A stretch of DNA of 64,000 nucleotides from Vicugna vicugna (lineage: Eukaryota). The notes under the pieces are model-generated. The model was not told the origin of the DNA, did not search any database, and saw only the letters and a program-made list of their open reading frames with translations. The translations under genes were made by a program, and so were the position numbers. Where the stretch lies: positions 5,152,508-5,216,507 of the forward strand of contig MU058584.1 in the NCBI GenBank assembly GCA_013265495.1, read 5' to 3'. Within the stretch, counting starts at the first letter, position 1; every line of letters begins with the position of its first letter. Below, piece by piece: positions 38,271 through 50,653 of this stretch.

Positions 38271-40521
38271 GTGTGCGAATATATATATCTCCAAGTAGTA
38301 GTATAAAGAGTCAAGGTAGTATAAATAAAAGCAATGAAGAGAAAATCCAGGGTGGCTTCTCAGCACAAGCGAGACAAGTCACTGCTCCCCTTCAAGCCAC
38401 CCTCCATAAAAGGATGGATTTGCCATGAAAACCTCTATGACCCCTTCTAGCTCTGACGTGCTGAAAGTGCTCCATGTCGGGCTTAGTCTTGACGACTCCT
38501 ACCCCTTGCTTATTAACCACATAAACATTGTGAGTTCCAAAATAAATCCAGTATCTCTTTTTTGATTTATTGATGGGTCTTGGATTTCCACTCAGTTTCT
38601 ATTTACATTACATCTTGAAGTCTAAGAAACCTTAAGTATTATCTAATTCTTGTTTATTGAGACGAAGAGCTTGGGGTTTGGGAATTTACCCAAGTTCACA
38701 CCCAAGGGCACAGTCAGGACTGGAACCCAGGCTTCCTGACCACCAAACTTCTGCTCTCCATTCTGTGACACTGCCCCCTATAGACACATTTGAGATAACA
38801 TCTATACTAAAATTACTGGAAACATCAAAAGTCCACAAGCTTTTGGATTCAGTATTAGAAGCCGGGAACCAATTTATTTATGATAAAGTAGAAGTTCTTT
38901 GGAAAAAATGAATAAAACATTATTTAAGAGGTTAGGTGCCTCCAGGGATAAGGATCTGGCCTCCTTTGCCAATGCAGAACCCAATGAAAACTAAATCTAT
39001 GTGCAAATGTATTTTTGTTGAAGTTTTTCCATTGAGACTGGGGGAGGGCAAACTGATTTAGATAAAACAGAGAGCTGAGAACGGACCTCAGCTGACCCAA
39101 AATTTTTGCCCAAAGCACAAAACAAAGCCCCAATCAAACTCTAGTCTTGGTTCAGAGAAAGGGCAGCAAAGGGAAGGGCGGGTGAGGATGGTGACTGAGA
39201 AATGAAAACATTTGTATGAGTCTCCTCTTCCTGACCAGGATTGTCGCTGCCAAACTGTCATAAGAAAGGCTGTTTATACAGACGTCCCAGCCTGGCTAAA
39301 ATAAGAGTAGGAGTCAACTCAACAGATTTTTTTCACTTGGTTCCTGAAGAATAATTTACTGAAGCTTCTGAATTCCTGGCTTCTTAGACAAATATGTTTC
39401 TCCTACATCAGGAAGGTGGATCTTGAGTGAAAAAGGTCTGTGCCTCTTTCCCAGGGAGGCAGGGTCTGAAAAGGTTCTTTAGCATTCATGTGTACCAAGA
39501 GTCACACAAAACCAACGACAGCCATGGTGTAGACCACTGTGTACACGAGGTCTCTTAGGTCTGCTAAGATGGATCCTGGAGGAAGACCAGCACCCACAAG
39601 ACCACAGTGAGAACACAAACTTGATCCCAAGAACTAGGGACAGGCCTTGATGTTCCCTGACAGAAATTCAAGAAACATTAAGATTAATCCATCATGGTGA
39701 ATCTGTCAAAAGTTTTGAAAAATTGTTTTCGTATTTTAAATTTACGCCATGAAACTCTTAGGCTCTGCTCCAATCCTTACCTTGAGATAGTAGCAGGGAC
39801 AGGAGATTGGGTTGAAGGACTGATGTTTTGATTTAATGTGTCATATACCATATTTCATGTGGAATTCAGAGTACCATTTGAAGGGCAAAAATAAATGGAT
39901 TGGGCCAAGTATGTTTAGGGACAGCAGCCATTCCACACTGACTTTAGTTAATCCACTTAAAATATAATTTGCATAACTCCAAGCTGCATAAAGAACTGAA
40001 AGTGTGGCCCCAGGGTGAAGGGTGAAGAAAAGCAAAACGGAGATCCTGGAGACATTCATTTCTCCCTGTCCACTGTGATAGCTGGTATGATTTGCAACTT
40101 AGGAGAAGAAAAGTAAATACTGAACACTCTGGCTAGGGAGGAAAAGAAACAGGTACTGCAAACATCTGGAGTAGCCGTATTCCCCACTGGCCTCCATCCC
40201 ATTACCCGCACAATTGAGTTTGTTATAGACAATAATACTATCAATGGCTAACTTTATTATAGCTAGTTTATTAAGCGCTTACTGTGAGTACAGTACTTAC
40301 AGAAAGTCCCAGAGAAAAATTAATTCAGTTATAAATGTGTTGAGTATTGATGCTGTTCCAGGAATTGTGCAGGTAAAAGGTTGCATAAGATTTGGCCCTA
40401 CTGTTGAGAAGCTTAAGATCTGGTGACCGAGAACTACAAATGGCAGTGAGGCCTGACCCTGGAGGACAGCAGATTCGCTTTCTGCAGAAACACGGAATCC
40501 ACGCGGAAGGCTGAGTCTCAC

Positions 40522-40551
40522 CCTCCCTGTGAACTCCACCTCCATAGCTTC
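40522..40551 (-). other. Candidate 30-nt exon carrying a strong-Kozak ATG (40545-40543)
   Basis: Branch-like ttttaac, long pyrimidine tract ctgctcccctcgttccgttttccccag|G, donor AGG|gtgaga; exon GAAGCTATGGAGGTGGAGTTCACAGGGAGG; local CpG enrichment. Confidence 0.55.
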
Positions 40552-40794
40552 CTGGGGAAAACGGAACGAGGGGAGCAGGCAGCAGTTAAAAGGCACCTAC
40601 TACGTTCCAGGAGGGAATTGGACAAGTGAAGTGGGAAGCAAGACTAAGCTTTTTTGAGTTCTTTGTATTCATGGTCTCCTTTAACCATTCTTACAAACCT
40701 CAGAGATCGGTATGGTTATGTCAATTTCACCAAGTCTTAGTTCAAATTATTTTCATAAATCCTCACAGCTAATTTTAAGCTGCACTAAGATGTT

Positions 40795-40832
40795 TTGTAT
40801 ATATACACAGACACACACATACATACATATAC

Positions 40833-40880
<48 letters not shown>
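40795..40880. repeat. Compound (TA)n(CA)n microsatellite within antisense MIR fragments
   Basis: Directly visible; the MIR core resumes at about 40925 (gactgaggct...ttcctaaggttacatagct). Confidence 0.9.
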
Positions 40881-40882
<2 letters not shown>

Positions 40883-41639
40883 TTAAGCAGATACCATTAT
40901 AGGATTCTATTTGCAAAAAAAAGAAGACTGAGGCTTTGGTCGGGGGGAGGGAAGTGTTAACTGCTTTCCTAAGGTTACATAGCTGGTGAACGGCATATCT
41001 GGAATTTGAATCTAGATAGTCTGGCTCCCAACCCCACAACCAGTCACTGGCAAGCCTGAGATGCCAATCTTAGATTACAATCTGTCTGATTCCAAAACCT
41101 GTTTTCTCTACACAGCACACTTGTGTCTCTGCAAAAGATATATTTATTTAATTACAGCAACTTCAGTTTAAAACAGGAAATAACTTTTTTTTAACAACAA
41201 AGGGAATATACCGGAAATAGTGAGCCCCTGCCACAGAATGTGTTGAAGCAGAGGCTAGATAATCAAAGACACTGTGGAAGGAAGCCAAATATTACAACCC
41301 AGGGTTGGGAGATTAAACTGAATGACTCTAAAAATTATTTAAAATCCATGATTCCACAATAGAATAACACAAGTGGCCCTTAATGAGGTGGAATTTCTAT
41401 TTTTTTTTTAGATGGTTTTCCATCAACCAACTTAGAATCTTTGTAATTTCAAAACAACACCCTGAAACAATGTGAAAATTCCTTCCCAGATACTTCCAGT
41501 ATTTATTTCTATAACAAGTTTCATAGCAGGGCTGGGCTCATGGGAAAGCAAGAGACTTCTGTTCTGAACTTGAAGGCTTTTCTCTCCCTCTCCCTCGCCC
41601 ACTAAGTCTTGGGGCCTGAATGCGATCCTCACTTCTATT

Positions 41640-42185
41640 CCCTACCCACTAGCCATTGGCCTTGGTCCTTCTTCTTAATAGAATTCTTACGTTGTTCAGG
41701 GGCCACCAAAGACATAAGAGGTTAAGTCTTCATTGGTTTCAGTCAAACACGGTAACTCCATTGCCCTTGGGAAATGATTAGTTTAGGCAGAGGCACATGA
41801 CACAATTTTGGCTAAAGAAACGTCAAGGGAAGTCTGTTGGTGAGGCTCTGGGAAGGTTCTTCTCACTCCCAAAAAGGAAGACAAGTTGAGCAGTTTCATT
41901 TTTCTGCCTCTGGATGTTGTCATCTACAACAAAAGAGCCATCTGGTACCATCAGGGGAGCCAGCCTAAGAGATCAAACCAAACTGCTATAGACGACAGAG
42001 TGGAAAGATGGAAGGATACTGGTTCCTCAGTGACTTCACTGAACTGATGAATGAACCAGCTTTGGAACTCCTCTATTTCTGGGTTTCTCCTTAAGAGAGA
42101 GAATAAATACCTTGTTGTTTGTTTATTGTTTATGCCATTTTGTCTTTTTTTTTTAAACTTGAAGCTGAAAGCATCCCAACTGATA
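41640..42185 (+). mobile_element. MLT1J/K-like MaLR LTR
   Basis: gcacatgacacaattttggc...gagtggaaagatggaagga...gctgaaagcatcccaactgata. Confidence 0.7.
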
Positions 42186-42349
42186 AATTAAACCACCACA
42201 TGTATGCATAAGGTTTAAAGCACTGCATCTCTAAGAATCTATCGTAGAATCCCATCATGGAATTATTTCTCTGGACAGACTATGAAATAAAAAATTAGAA
42301 ACAGTAAAAATGATAAAAATAATAAAATCATCATCATCATCATCATTAT

Positions 42350-42580
42350 TAGGCATCATGGAAAGCATAGGTTTTGAAATAAGATAGATCTAAGTTTAAA
42401 ATCCAGCTTTTCATCTTGCCAGTGTGGTTACCCTGGAAAAATTACTTACCCTTTCTGACACTTCACATTTTAAATGGAAGGGATATAAGAGTATTTGGCA
42501 TAGTTGTTGTATGAAATGTAATAAAGCATCTGAAACCAATCACTGGTGGTTCTGTCTATTGGTCTCAATTTCCTCACCTA
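42350..42580 (+). mobile_element. MIR SINE
   Basis: ggaaagcataggttttgaa...ttacttaccctttctgacacttc. Confidence 0.65.
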
Positions 42581-43509
42581 TAAAATTGGTAAAATAAAAC
42601 TTAGCTCATGTAGTATCTGTGAGGATGAAAAGAGACAATGAACATGCATCTTCAGCCCTTTATATGTAACTATAATAGTCATCTTTTGGGGGATGGAGAA
42701 TGAAATGACTAAGTTGACCAGTGAATGAAGTGAGGGCATTGCTGTCTGCTGAGGACTGGGAGACACCAACGGAGCTTTGAATGACAGGAGGGGCAGAGTG
42801 ATCAAAGACAGCAAGTACCTTCTTCAGTGTTTGGTCAGGGGCTAGCTCTCCTTAGAACTAGAAAGGAGGAAGTAAAATTCGTATCATAGACCTCTAGAGC
42901 CATCAAAACTAGCAGTCCAGGTGGACTATCAAGAGTATTTCTTCAGTAGATCTTCGGCTCTTTCTCAGTGGTTTCCTCTCTTTCTCTCTCTCTCTCTCCC
43001 CCTCTTCTTTTCTCTCATTAAATGCCTACTCCTACTCTGCTCTTAGACATTCAATGGCTTTCAAGAATCCTGAAGAATTCTTCAAGTTTTTATACCAATA
43101 AAAAAAAAATCAACGTTGACTGACTTAACTTTGATCTCAAACAAGATCCAAGTAGGCTTTTCTCCAAAGAATGCTGGCATTTGTGATCCTACTGCATAAA
43201 TTCCAGAAAGCACACTGACCTAGGAGCCCTAGGCTCAGTGAAGCAGTGGATCTGTAGTGACTCTGAGCAGCCACTTTGATGACCACGGTCATCATTTCCT
43301 TGCTCAGCAAAGAAGAGCGATTGCATTAAGACCATTCTCTGAGGTCAGAATCACCGCTTGACCCTTCCTTGCGATCATTCAATCCCATTAGTCTTTTTGG
43401 CCTTTTTATATAATGTCGTCTCTCTGTTTGGCTATAATGTTGTATAAACACCTCCCTGTGCATTTTTCTGCCACACCCGGATGACCTAGCAGAGATTACC
43501 TAAATCATT

Positions 43510-43885
43510 TCCTCTTCATCTTTAGTATATAGCTAAACTATATTTCTTGGCCATCTTGTAGAGGTGGGGCTATAAGAATGAATTTTGACCACTATAATGT
43601 GGGACAAATTGACATAACACCTTGAGGAGTGGCCATAAAAACAATTCTCCACCTTTCCTGTCTCTTTCTTCATTTACTGGTGGAGCTGAAAGATCCAGGG
43701 AGGACTCAGAGGTCTTAGAATGCAGTGGGGCCACACGATGGAAGCAGTCAGTCCCAGGTCTCTACCTCCATTCATTCCCCAACCTCTTGCTGGATTATGA
43801 GAAGTGAGAAATGCATTTTTGTGTTGTTAAACCACTGAAATTAGGGAGTAATTTAGTACATCATTTAACCCACTCTGACTGTACA
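43510..43885 (+). mobile_element. MLT1-like MaLR LTR
   Basis: ggccacacgatggaagcag...gtgagaaatgcatttttgtgttgttaaaccactgaaatt...ctgactgtaca. Confidence 0.6.
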
Positions 43886-44337
43886 ACCCAGCTATAAGAA
43901 GTCTCTTTAGACACCAAGTATATCTTAGCTTCCTTTAAGAAAGAAGGAAGATTACAGGGCCCAGTTAGATTATTTGGGTTTCCCAAAATGGTCACAATAT
44001 ATTATTTAAAGAGATAAAAACAAAAAGGGAGAAAGTAAGGAAAGTTTTCTTAAAGAAAAAGTAACTTTCCTTTTAATGCCAATGTTCTTTCTGCAATTAA
44101 TAGTGCATACAGCCTGGGAGCATGGAACCAAGAACCAGGAGGTCATATTGCCTCTGCCATTATCCACTAACACAAATAACCTCAATGAGAACCCTAAGAA
44201 TACTGAGCGACCCGTTGTCTGAATGCTGGAATGGTCCTCAGAGGCGCTTCCACCCAGGTCCATCATGCTTCAGCTGAAGGAGGACCAGAAATGTTCGAGT
44301 CATCCAACAAGCTAGTGGAAGAACTGAGGCTACTTGC

Positions 44338-44390
44338 CTGACTCCACTGCTCATTCCTTTGCATCAAAAATTGTACAGGGCAGCCATTTA
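44338..44390 (-). other. Candidate exon (53 nt, or 58 nt from the upstream AG) with a GC donor
   Basis: Acceptor region ttaatttgcttattttaag|cacag|T; donor CAG|GCAAGT, the consensus GC-AG donor. Confidence 0.35.
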
Positions 44391-45344
44391 CTGTGCTTAA
44401 AATAAGCAAATTAAAATTAATTTTGAAAATATTAAGAGAAGAGAAGCTACACGGATATTGGCTGGAACTGAGAAGGTAAAACAAGGGGGAAAAAGTAACA
44501 CCAGCTACCCACCGCAATGAATTCCACCACAGAGCAACTCCAGAAGCATGGGGATGTTGTTGGATGGGAAAGTAAGCTCAAGAATGCTAAACACATCTTA
44601 AGCAAAAGGATATTTGTGTGTCATTCTCACTCAAAAACACCAACCTGAAAACAGAAATTATATGCTAAAACCTACTGAGTGGAGAACACAGTATGTGGAG
44701 AACACAAGGGTGTTACACTGGGTCGACATCACTTTGTTCAGGAAGCAGGAAGACAACTGTACTCCACACTGGCCAAAACCATCACACCAATTTGTGTTCC
44801 CTCCAGTCTTAAGAATCCTCCTGTAGGAATGTTTTAAAATTCAGGACGAGGACAGGGGGGAACAGCTAGACACAGAGAAAGTAATTACATATTTAGGGCA
44901 CCCGTGAGATCTTAATGAAAACTTAATGAGTACAGATTATCTGTTCCATCTGTCCATTCACCTAACAAACATTACAAATTGCCTAATATGTACCAGGCCC
45001 TGGTCTCGGCAGTAGGAATATAAAGATAAATAAATATGTTCACTGTCCATTAGTTTCTCAGAAGTTAAGGAGCCAGAATACTGTGATAAGATGGGTGTCA
45101 CTGGAGCTTATAGGGGAGCTCCAACCATGTCAAGCTATATTAGCTAAGGATTCTAGGAGACTAGTTGAGGCTTTCACTAATTTTCAAAGGCTAACCATTA
45201 TTAATCAAGTAAATAGGGAAAAGGCATTCCTGTTATAGATCATGTTAAGGCTCCAGAGCATGACATGATCAGGAAACTATAAAAAATGCATTCTTTTTCT
45301 AGGGTATATTGTTAGTGAATATTTGGGGAAAAGTATTGGTATGT

Positions 45345-45710
45345 GCCATTCTCCACTTACTTGACTGTGATCGACAAAAATCTAACACAAAGCCACTTAA
45401 GGAAAAGTAAGAATTTATTCATTCATATAACTGAACAATCCAAAGATAGATTTTCTAAGACGGTTAGATTTAGAAGGTCAGTGTCATCAGACTCAATGCC
45501 TGTCTTCCCATCTCTTAGCACTGTTTTCCATTTTATTGGCCTATTTTCCAGTAGGCTGCCTACTTAAGGAGACTGGCAGCATCAGCCTTAAGCCATCCAT
45601 ACAACTAATACTCCTATTTTGTCTCAATAGTTCAAACATGTCTTAAAATTTTATCTCATTAGCCTGGCTTGGCTCATGTGTGCATTCCTGAATCACTGCC
45701 CTGGTAGCGC
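45345..45710 (-). mobile_element. MLT1-like MaLR LTR, antisense
   Basis: gaatttattcattcatataactgaa...ttagcctggcttggctcatgtgtgcattcctgaatca. Confidence 0.55.
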
Positions 45711-45829
45711 AAAGCTTAGTCCTAACACCCCAGCTGCCCTCTCCAAGTCTTCTACTCATCTCTGAATCTCAGTCTTACCTATATCCAAGCTGCCACTAGT
45801 TTTGCCCTGTAGTATAGAATTGAACCACA

Positions 45830-47037
45830 TCGTATCCATTAAAAAAATAAAACTGGACCCCTTCCAAACACCGTACACAAATTCAAAATAGATCTAAAGC
45901 TAAAACTGAAAAACAATTAGAAGAAAACAGGAGTAAATCTTTTGTGATCTTAAGCTGGACAAAACCTTCTCAGATAAGATACCAAAAGCAAAAGTGACAG
46001 AAGAAAATATAGGTATATTCGACTTCAACAAAAAATAAAAATGTTTTGCTACAAAAGATATCATCAAGAAAATTAATGACAGCCACAGAATGGAAAAAGT
46101 ATTTGAAACTTATGTATATATCTGATAAGTGACTTGTATTCAGAATATATTTTTAAAAAACAACTCCTAAATCTCAATGTTAAAAAATAAATAATCCAGT
46201 TAAAAGATGCCCAATGGATCTGAATAGACATTTTTCCAGAGAAGATACACATATGACCAATAAACTTACGAAACAATGTTCAACATGTTAGCCATTAAGG
46301 CAATGCTAACCAAAATCCTAAGATACCACTCCATGCTCTCTCGAATGGCTATGACAAACAATCACAAGTATTGGTGAGAATATATAAAAATCGGAGCCCT
46401 CGTGCACTGTGCATCGCTAGTGGGAATGTAAAATGTTATAGGCGCTTTGGAAAACAGTTTGATGGATCTTACAAAGTTAAACATAGAGTTATCATATGAT
46501 ATAGCAATTCCACTTATAGGCACATACCCCAAATAACTTAAGACAGGTACTCAAGCAAATACATGTACACTCATGTTGATAGCAGCAGCATTCACAATAG
46601 CCGTAAGGTGGAAATAACCTGCACGTCCATCAACTGATGAATGGATAAATAAAATGGGGAATATCCATACAAGGAATTTGACAATAAAAAGGAATGTGTA
46701 CTGATCATGTTACAAGAAGGCTGAACGTTGAAAACAGTGTGCTAAGGGAAAGAAGTCACAAAAGCTCACATATTGTATGCTTCCATTTACATGAAATGCC
46801 CATAGCAGGCAAATCTACAGAGACAGACAGTAGATTAGTGGTTTCCAGGGGCTGGGAGGAAGAAGGAATGCAGAGTAACAGCTGAGGACTACTGAGTTTG
46901 TTTTGGGGGTAATGAAAATATAAAATTAGACTGTGATGGTGGTTGCACAATTTTGTCAGTATATTAAAACCATTGAATTATACAATTTCAGTGAGTGAAT
47001 TGGATGGCATATAAATTATGTCTCAATAAAACTGTTA
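45830..47037 (+). mobile_element. L1 (L1MB-like) ORF2 3' part + 3' UTR
   Basis: Degenerate ORF2 C-terminus; ends aaattatgtctcaataaaactgtt. Confidence 0.88.
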
Positions 47038-47044
47038 ATGGAAA

Positions 47045-47870
47045 CACATCATGAGCAAAAGACTTGAACAGGCATTTCTCCGTAGAAGACATACAAACGG
47101 CCAACAAGCACAAGAGAGGACGTTTAACAGCATTGGCTATTAAGGAAACACAAATCAAATCCACAATGAGATACCGCTTCACATTCACTAGGATAGCTAT
47201 AATAATAATTTTTTAAAAGAAAATAATGTGTTGGCCATAATGTGAGGAAATAGGAAAACTTGCTGGTAGAAATGCAAAATGGTGCAGCCACTGCGGAAGA
47301 CAGTTCGGCAGTTCCTCAAAGTTAAGCAAGGGACAAAAACAGGACCCAGCAATCCCACTCCTAGGTATGTACTCAAGAGAAACAAAAATATATGTCCACA
47401 CAGAAACTTGTATACAAATACTTATACCAGCAATATTCACAACAGCCAGAAGGTAGAAAAACCCAAATGCCCATCAAGATAACTGGATAAACAAACTGTG
47501 GTATGTACATGCCATAGAACATTATTCAGCCACAAAGGGAAATTAAATATTGAAATGTGCTACAAATTAGATGAAAACATGATGCTAAGTGAAAGAAGCC
47601 AGATATAAAGTTCACATAATCTGTGATCTTTTATATGAAATACCCAGAATAGGCAAATCCATGGAGACTGAAGGCAGTTTCGTGGAGGGTGAATGGTGAG
47701 TGATTATTCAGTGGATACATGGAACTCTTCGGGGGGATGAAAAAGTTTCGAAACTAGAGAGAAATGGCGGTTGTACAACACTGTGAATGTACTAAATGGC
47801 CCTGAACTGTGCACTTTAAAATATGTGGTTAATGTTACGTTATGTGAATTTCACCTCAGTTTTTAAAAAA
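47045..47870 (+). mobile_element. Second L1 (L1MB-like) 3' fragment directly downstream
   Basis: ORF 47279-47482 begins MVQPLRKTVRQFLK; ends ttatgtgaatttcacctcag with an A tail. Confidence 0.88.
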
Positions 47871-47899
47871 CACATCAGACTCACAGCATAACACAAATC

Positions 47900-48278
47900 T
47901 AAATCTTTTCCTTCAGACGTCTTCCTATAAACCACAGGACAAAAATCCCAAGTACTTATTTTGGCATTCAAGGCTCTTTACAATTTGTTCTAACCATATA
48001 CCCACTCTCTCCCACCTGATTTCCATCTCTTCCCCCAAGCCCTCTACACTCCAGTTACACTGAATGGTAGCTCAGTAGTGCCCTAACATAGGGGTCTTCC
48101 ATACCTCTGCTTTGAAATGCTCCTTCATAGCAGATTGCACATGCTGCTCTTTCCAGCTACAGCATGAGCACCTCAAAGGGAGAGACAGCATCTGATCCAT
48201 CTTTGCATTTCCAGGTCTAACCCTGAGTCTGGTACTTTGTGGGCACTTAGTGAATGTTTGTTGAATTGAAATGAATGT
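47900..48278 (+). mobile_element. L2 3' fragment
   Basis: tggcattcaaggctctt...aatgtttgttgaattgaaatgaatg. Confidence 0.7.
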
Positions 48279-50380
48279 TCTTAGAAACCCAGAGGGAAAT
48301 CTTCCAGAATCCTTCAGGGACTGTGAATGTGCAGTGGAGAGGTAAAATGAAGCAGTTCCTTAGAATTAGAAATTAACCTACTTGTTAAGAAAACACTAGG
48401 ATGTTTATATTGTCTCTTTTATTTGCCTTTGGAAAAATACGAGGACAAAAGAAGGCTGAAACGCAGTGACTACTCTAAAAGTTTATTTTATTTTAAATTA
48501 GGGGTTCGGAAGAAAAAGGGGAAGTAAAGTAGGTGGTATAATAGAAAGTTTTGCAATTCGGCCTTGAAGGAAGTGAGAAGAGCTGAATCAAACACCCCTG
48601 GGCTTTCCACGGGCCTGCATTCAACAGAGGAGGGAAAGAGGAAGGGGAGACAAAGGGGAAACAGATCCAAGGCAGCGTCCTCCCAGGTTCTGCCATGCTC
48701 TGCTACAGAATTTATCCACGACGAGCTAAGGTGCTAAACCATGTGTATGGTGGTTGAAACTGGGGTGAGAGAGTAAATAGACCCTCCGACATAAATGAGG
48801 TCTCCCATTGTTTACCATGTTACTAAAAGGCGACCCAGTACTTCTAACTTCTCCACCCAAACCACACAGCATCTGCAGTCACATACACAATGGATTTGGA
48901 AGTAGCGTTTAGAACCAACAAAAATCGCAGCAATGATAACATGATAACTAACACGAAATACCCTGTATGTGCCAGTCAGCATTCCAGTTGAGGGCAACAT
49001 GGAAATGAGCAATACACAATTTTTAACTACAAAAGCTTATAGCTTACTGGGATAGACAGACAAACAGGTAAAGTTCAACTCAATGCTAAGTGTCACGGCT
49101 GATTCCTGAGCAAAGTGCTACTGTAACTCTCATGCCTCAGTAGTCTTACCTGTGAAATGGGGATCAGAACTATAAGCGGTCTTGAGCAGCAACTCCTATG
49201 CACATAGAGAATGGAAAGAGATGGAGCCTGAAGGGCAGACTGTTCTTCTCTTCCCCAGAAAACTACAGCACTTGCTCTGAGCTATAGCAGGAAAAATCTA
49301 CTGGGGACCTGCTGGAGGGCAGAGACGTGTATCTAATTTATTTCTGTGTCTCCCACAACACCTAACAGGGTGGATGTTCACATCTAAGTTTGAGTCTAAC
49401 TGAACCAAATAGAGTATGGTGTGCTTCTAGGACTCCTGCCAAACATCAAATCTGCCAGAGGCAGCAGGCATGCAAGCTTTCACTTGCATCCCACCAAAAA
49501 AATGCATCTCCCAGCTTAAAGGTGGGGAGTCAACCAAAACAGAAAGCGGTAGACAGAATCTCTCCACTCATAATTTGTTACAGGGTCAGAAAGGTTGAGT
49601 CGTAGTAGAATAGCACCTCAACACGCCATACACGGACACAGAAAAATGGTCGGGAACCTTGCCCTCCAATTCGTCTTTCAAGTCAAACCCGAGCCCCTCT
49701 AGGGAAATGTACAAGTCATACAGCCACACTTCCTGATACTTCTCAAGGCAATTCGAGTCTCAAAGACCGCATTCCAGTCAAGACAGGCATTGTGTGTTGC
49801 CCCCTGAAGCAAGGTTTAGAAAATGGGCCGGTCTTAGGCCCCTGTTGAAAAGAGAGCCAGGAAGATACTCAGTTCCCGAAACGTTAGGACCTCAGTCAGA
49901 TAACTCGGATGCAGACTTGACCGGGAGACACGTAGAAAACTCCCTCCGGAAGGATCCAACACTGCCTACTTCTACGAGGATTTATGTGCTGACGCCCGTG
50001 CACGGAGCCCGGGTGAGCCAGGCCGGGTCACACGGAGCTGAGGGGCGTCTTTGGCTCTTTCGCCTGAGAACACGCTGGAGCAAGCCAGGCCTACATTCCA
50101 CGTCTGGCCCCGCCGCTCACCCTGAGCTAGGCCGTAGAGACATGGAAAGCCGAACCCCGGGGAAATGCTGCGATGTTTCAAAGAGGATACATTTACTTCA
50201 GAAAAGGTGTCTTTTGTACAATTATCAGAAAGCTCCACCACCTGGGGCTGTGGTTTAATTGCCTCCCTGGCCCACCCATGTCCTTGGCCCTCCACAGAAG
50301 GCGGAATGGGCCGGCGGCCTCTGAGCCGTCCGTCCCCCCATTTAGGGGGACACCCACAGTCACCGCAGCTCAGCACTTAC

Positions 50381-50560
50381 CCGGGGGCCAGGCAGCGTTA
50401 TGAGCGCTGCAGGAAGGGCTCCTGCCCTGTGCGTCTCCCTTCCTGGCGTGGTGAGGGTGAGATTCTCTCACCAAGAACGAGCAGCATTTGCTCGCAGCAG
50501 CGCCGGCGGCGGCACAGCCACGCGGGTCCTCACCGCCCGGCACGGCGGTTCCGGGCAGCG
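50381..50560 (-). other. Candidate first exon of an unidentified minus-strand transcript (TSS approximate)
   Basis: Lies in the CpG island just downstream of the NRF1 site; strong donor CGG|GTAAGT (plus strand acttac at 50375-50380). Confidence 0.6.
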
Positions 50561-50567
50561 CGGAGCG

Positions 50568-50579
50568 TGCGCCTGCGCA
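50568..50579. promoter_or_regulatory. NRF1 binding motif
   Basis: TGCGCCTGCGCA, a common variant of the NRF1 palindrome TGCGCATGCGCA. Confidence 0.7.
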
Positions 50580-50653
50580 CCTCAGCCCGCAATTGAAAGA
50601 AAAAAAAAAAGCAAAACTACTTACTTTGAGTTCAACATCTGTGGCCACAGAGA

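Larger units (their letters stand above)
49900..50592. promoter_or_regulatory. CpG island / probable promoter
   Basis: The only extended GC- and CpG-dense non-repeat stretch in the window; contains an NRF1 motif and a first-exon-type donor. Confidence 0.85.

Noticed and set aside
39495..39656. Possible additional minus-strand exon (acceptor ttcttgaatttctgtcag at 39657)
   Set aside because: Only a weak donor (TTG|gtacac) follows; not enough support to include in the model.
50196..50245. Possible short minus-strand exon just inside intron 1
   Set aside because: Poor pyrimidine tract and weak donor (GAA|gtaaat).
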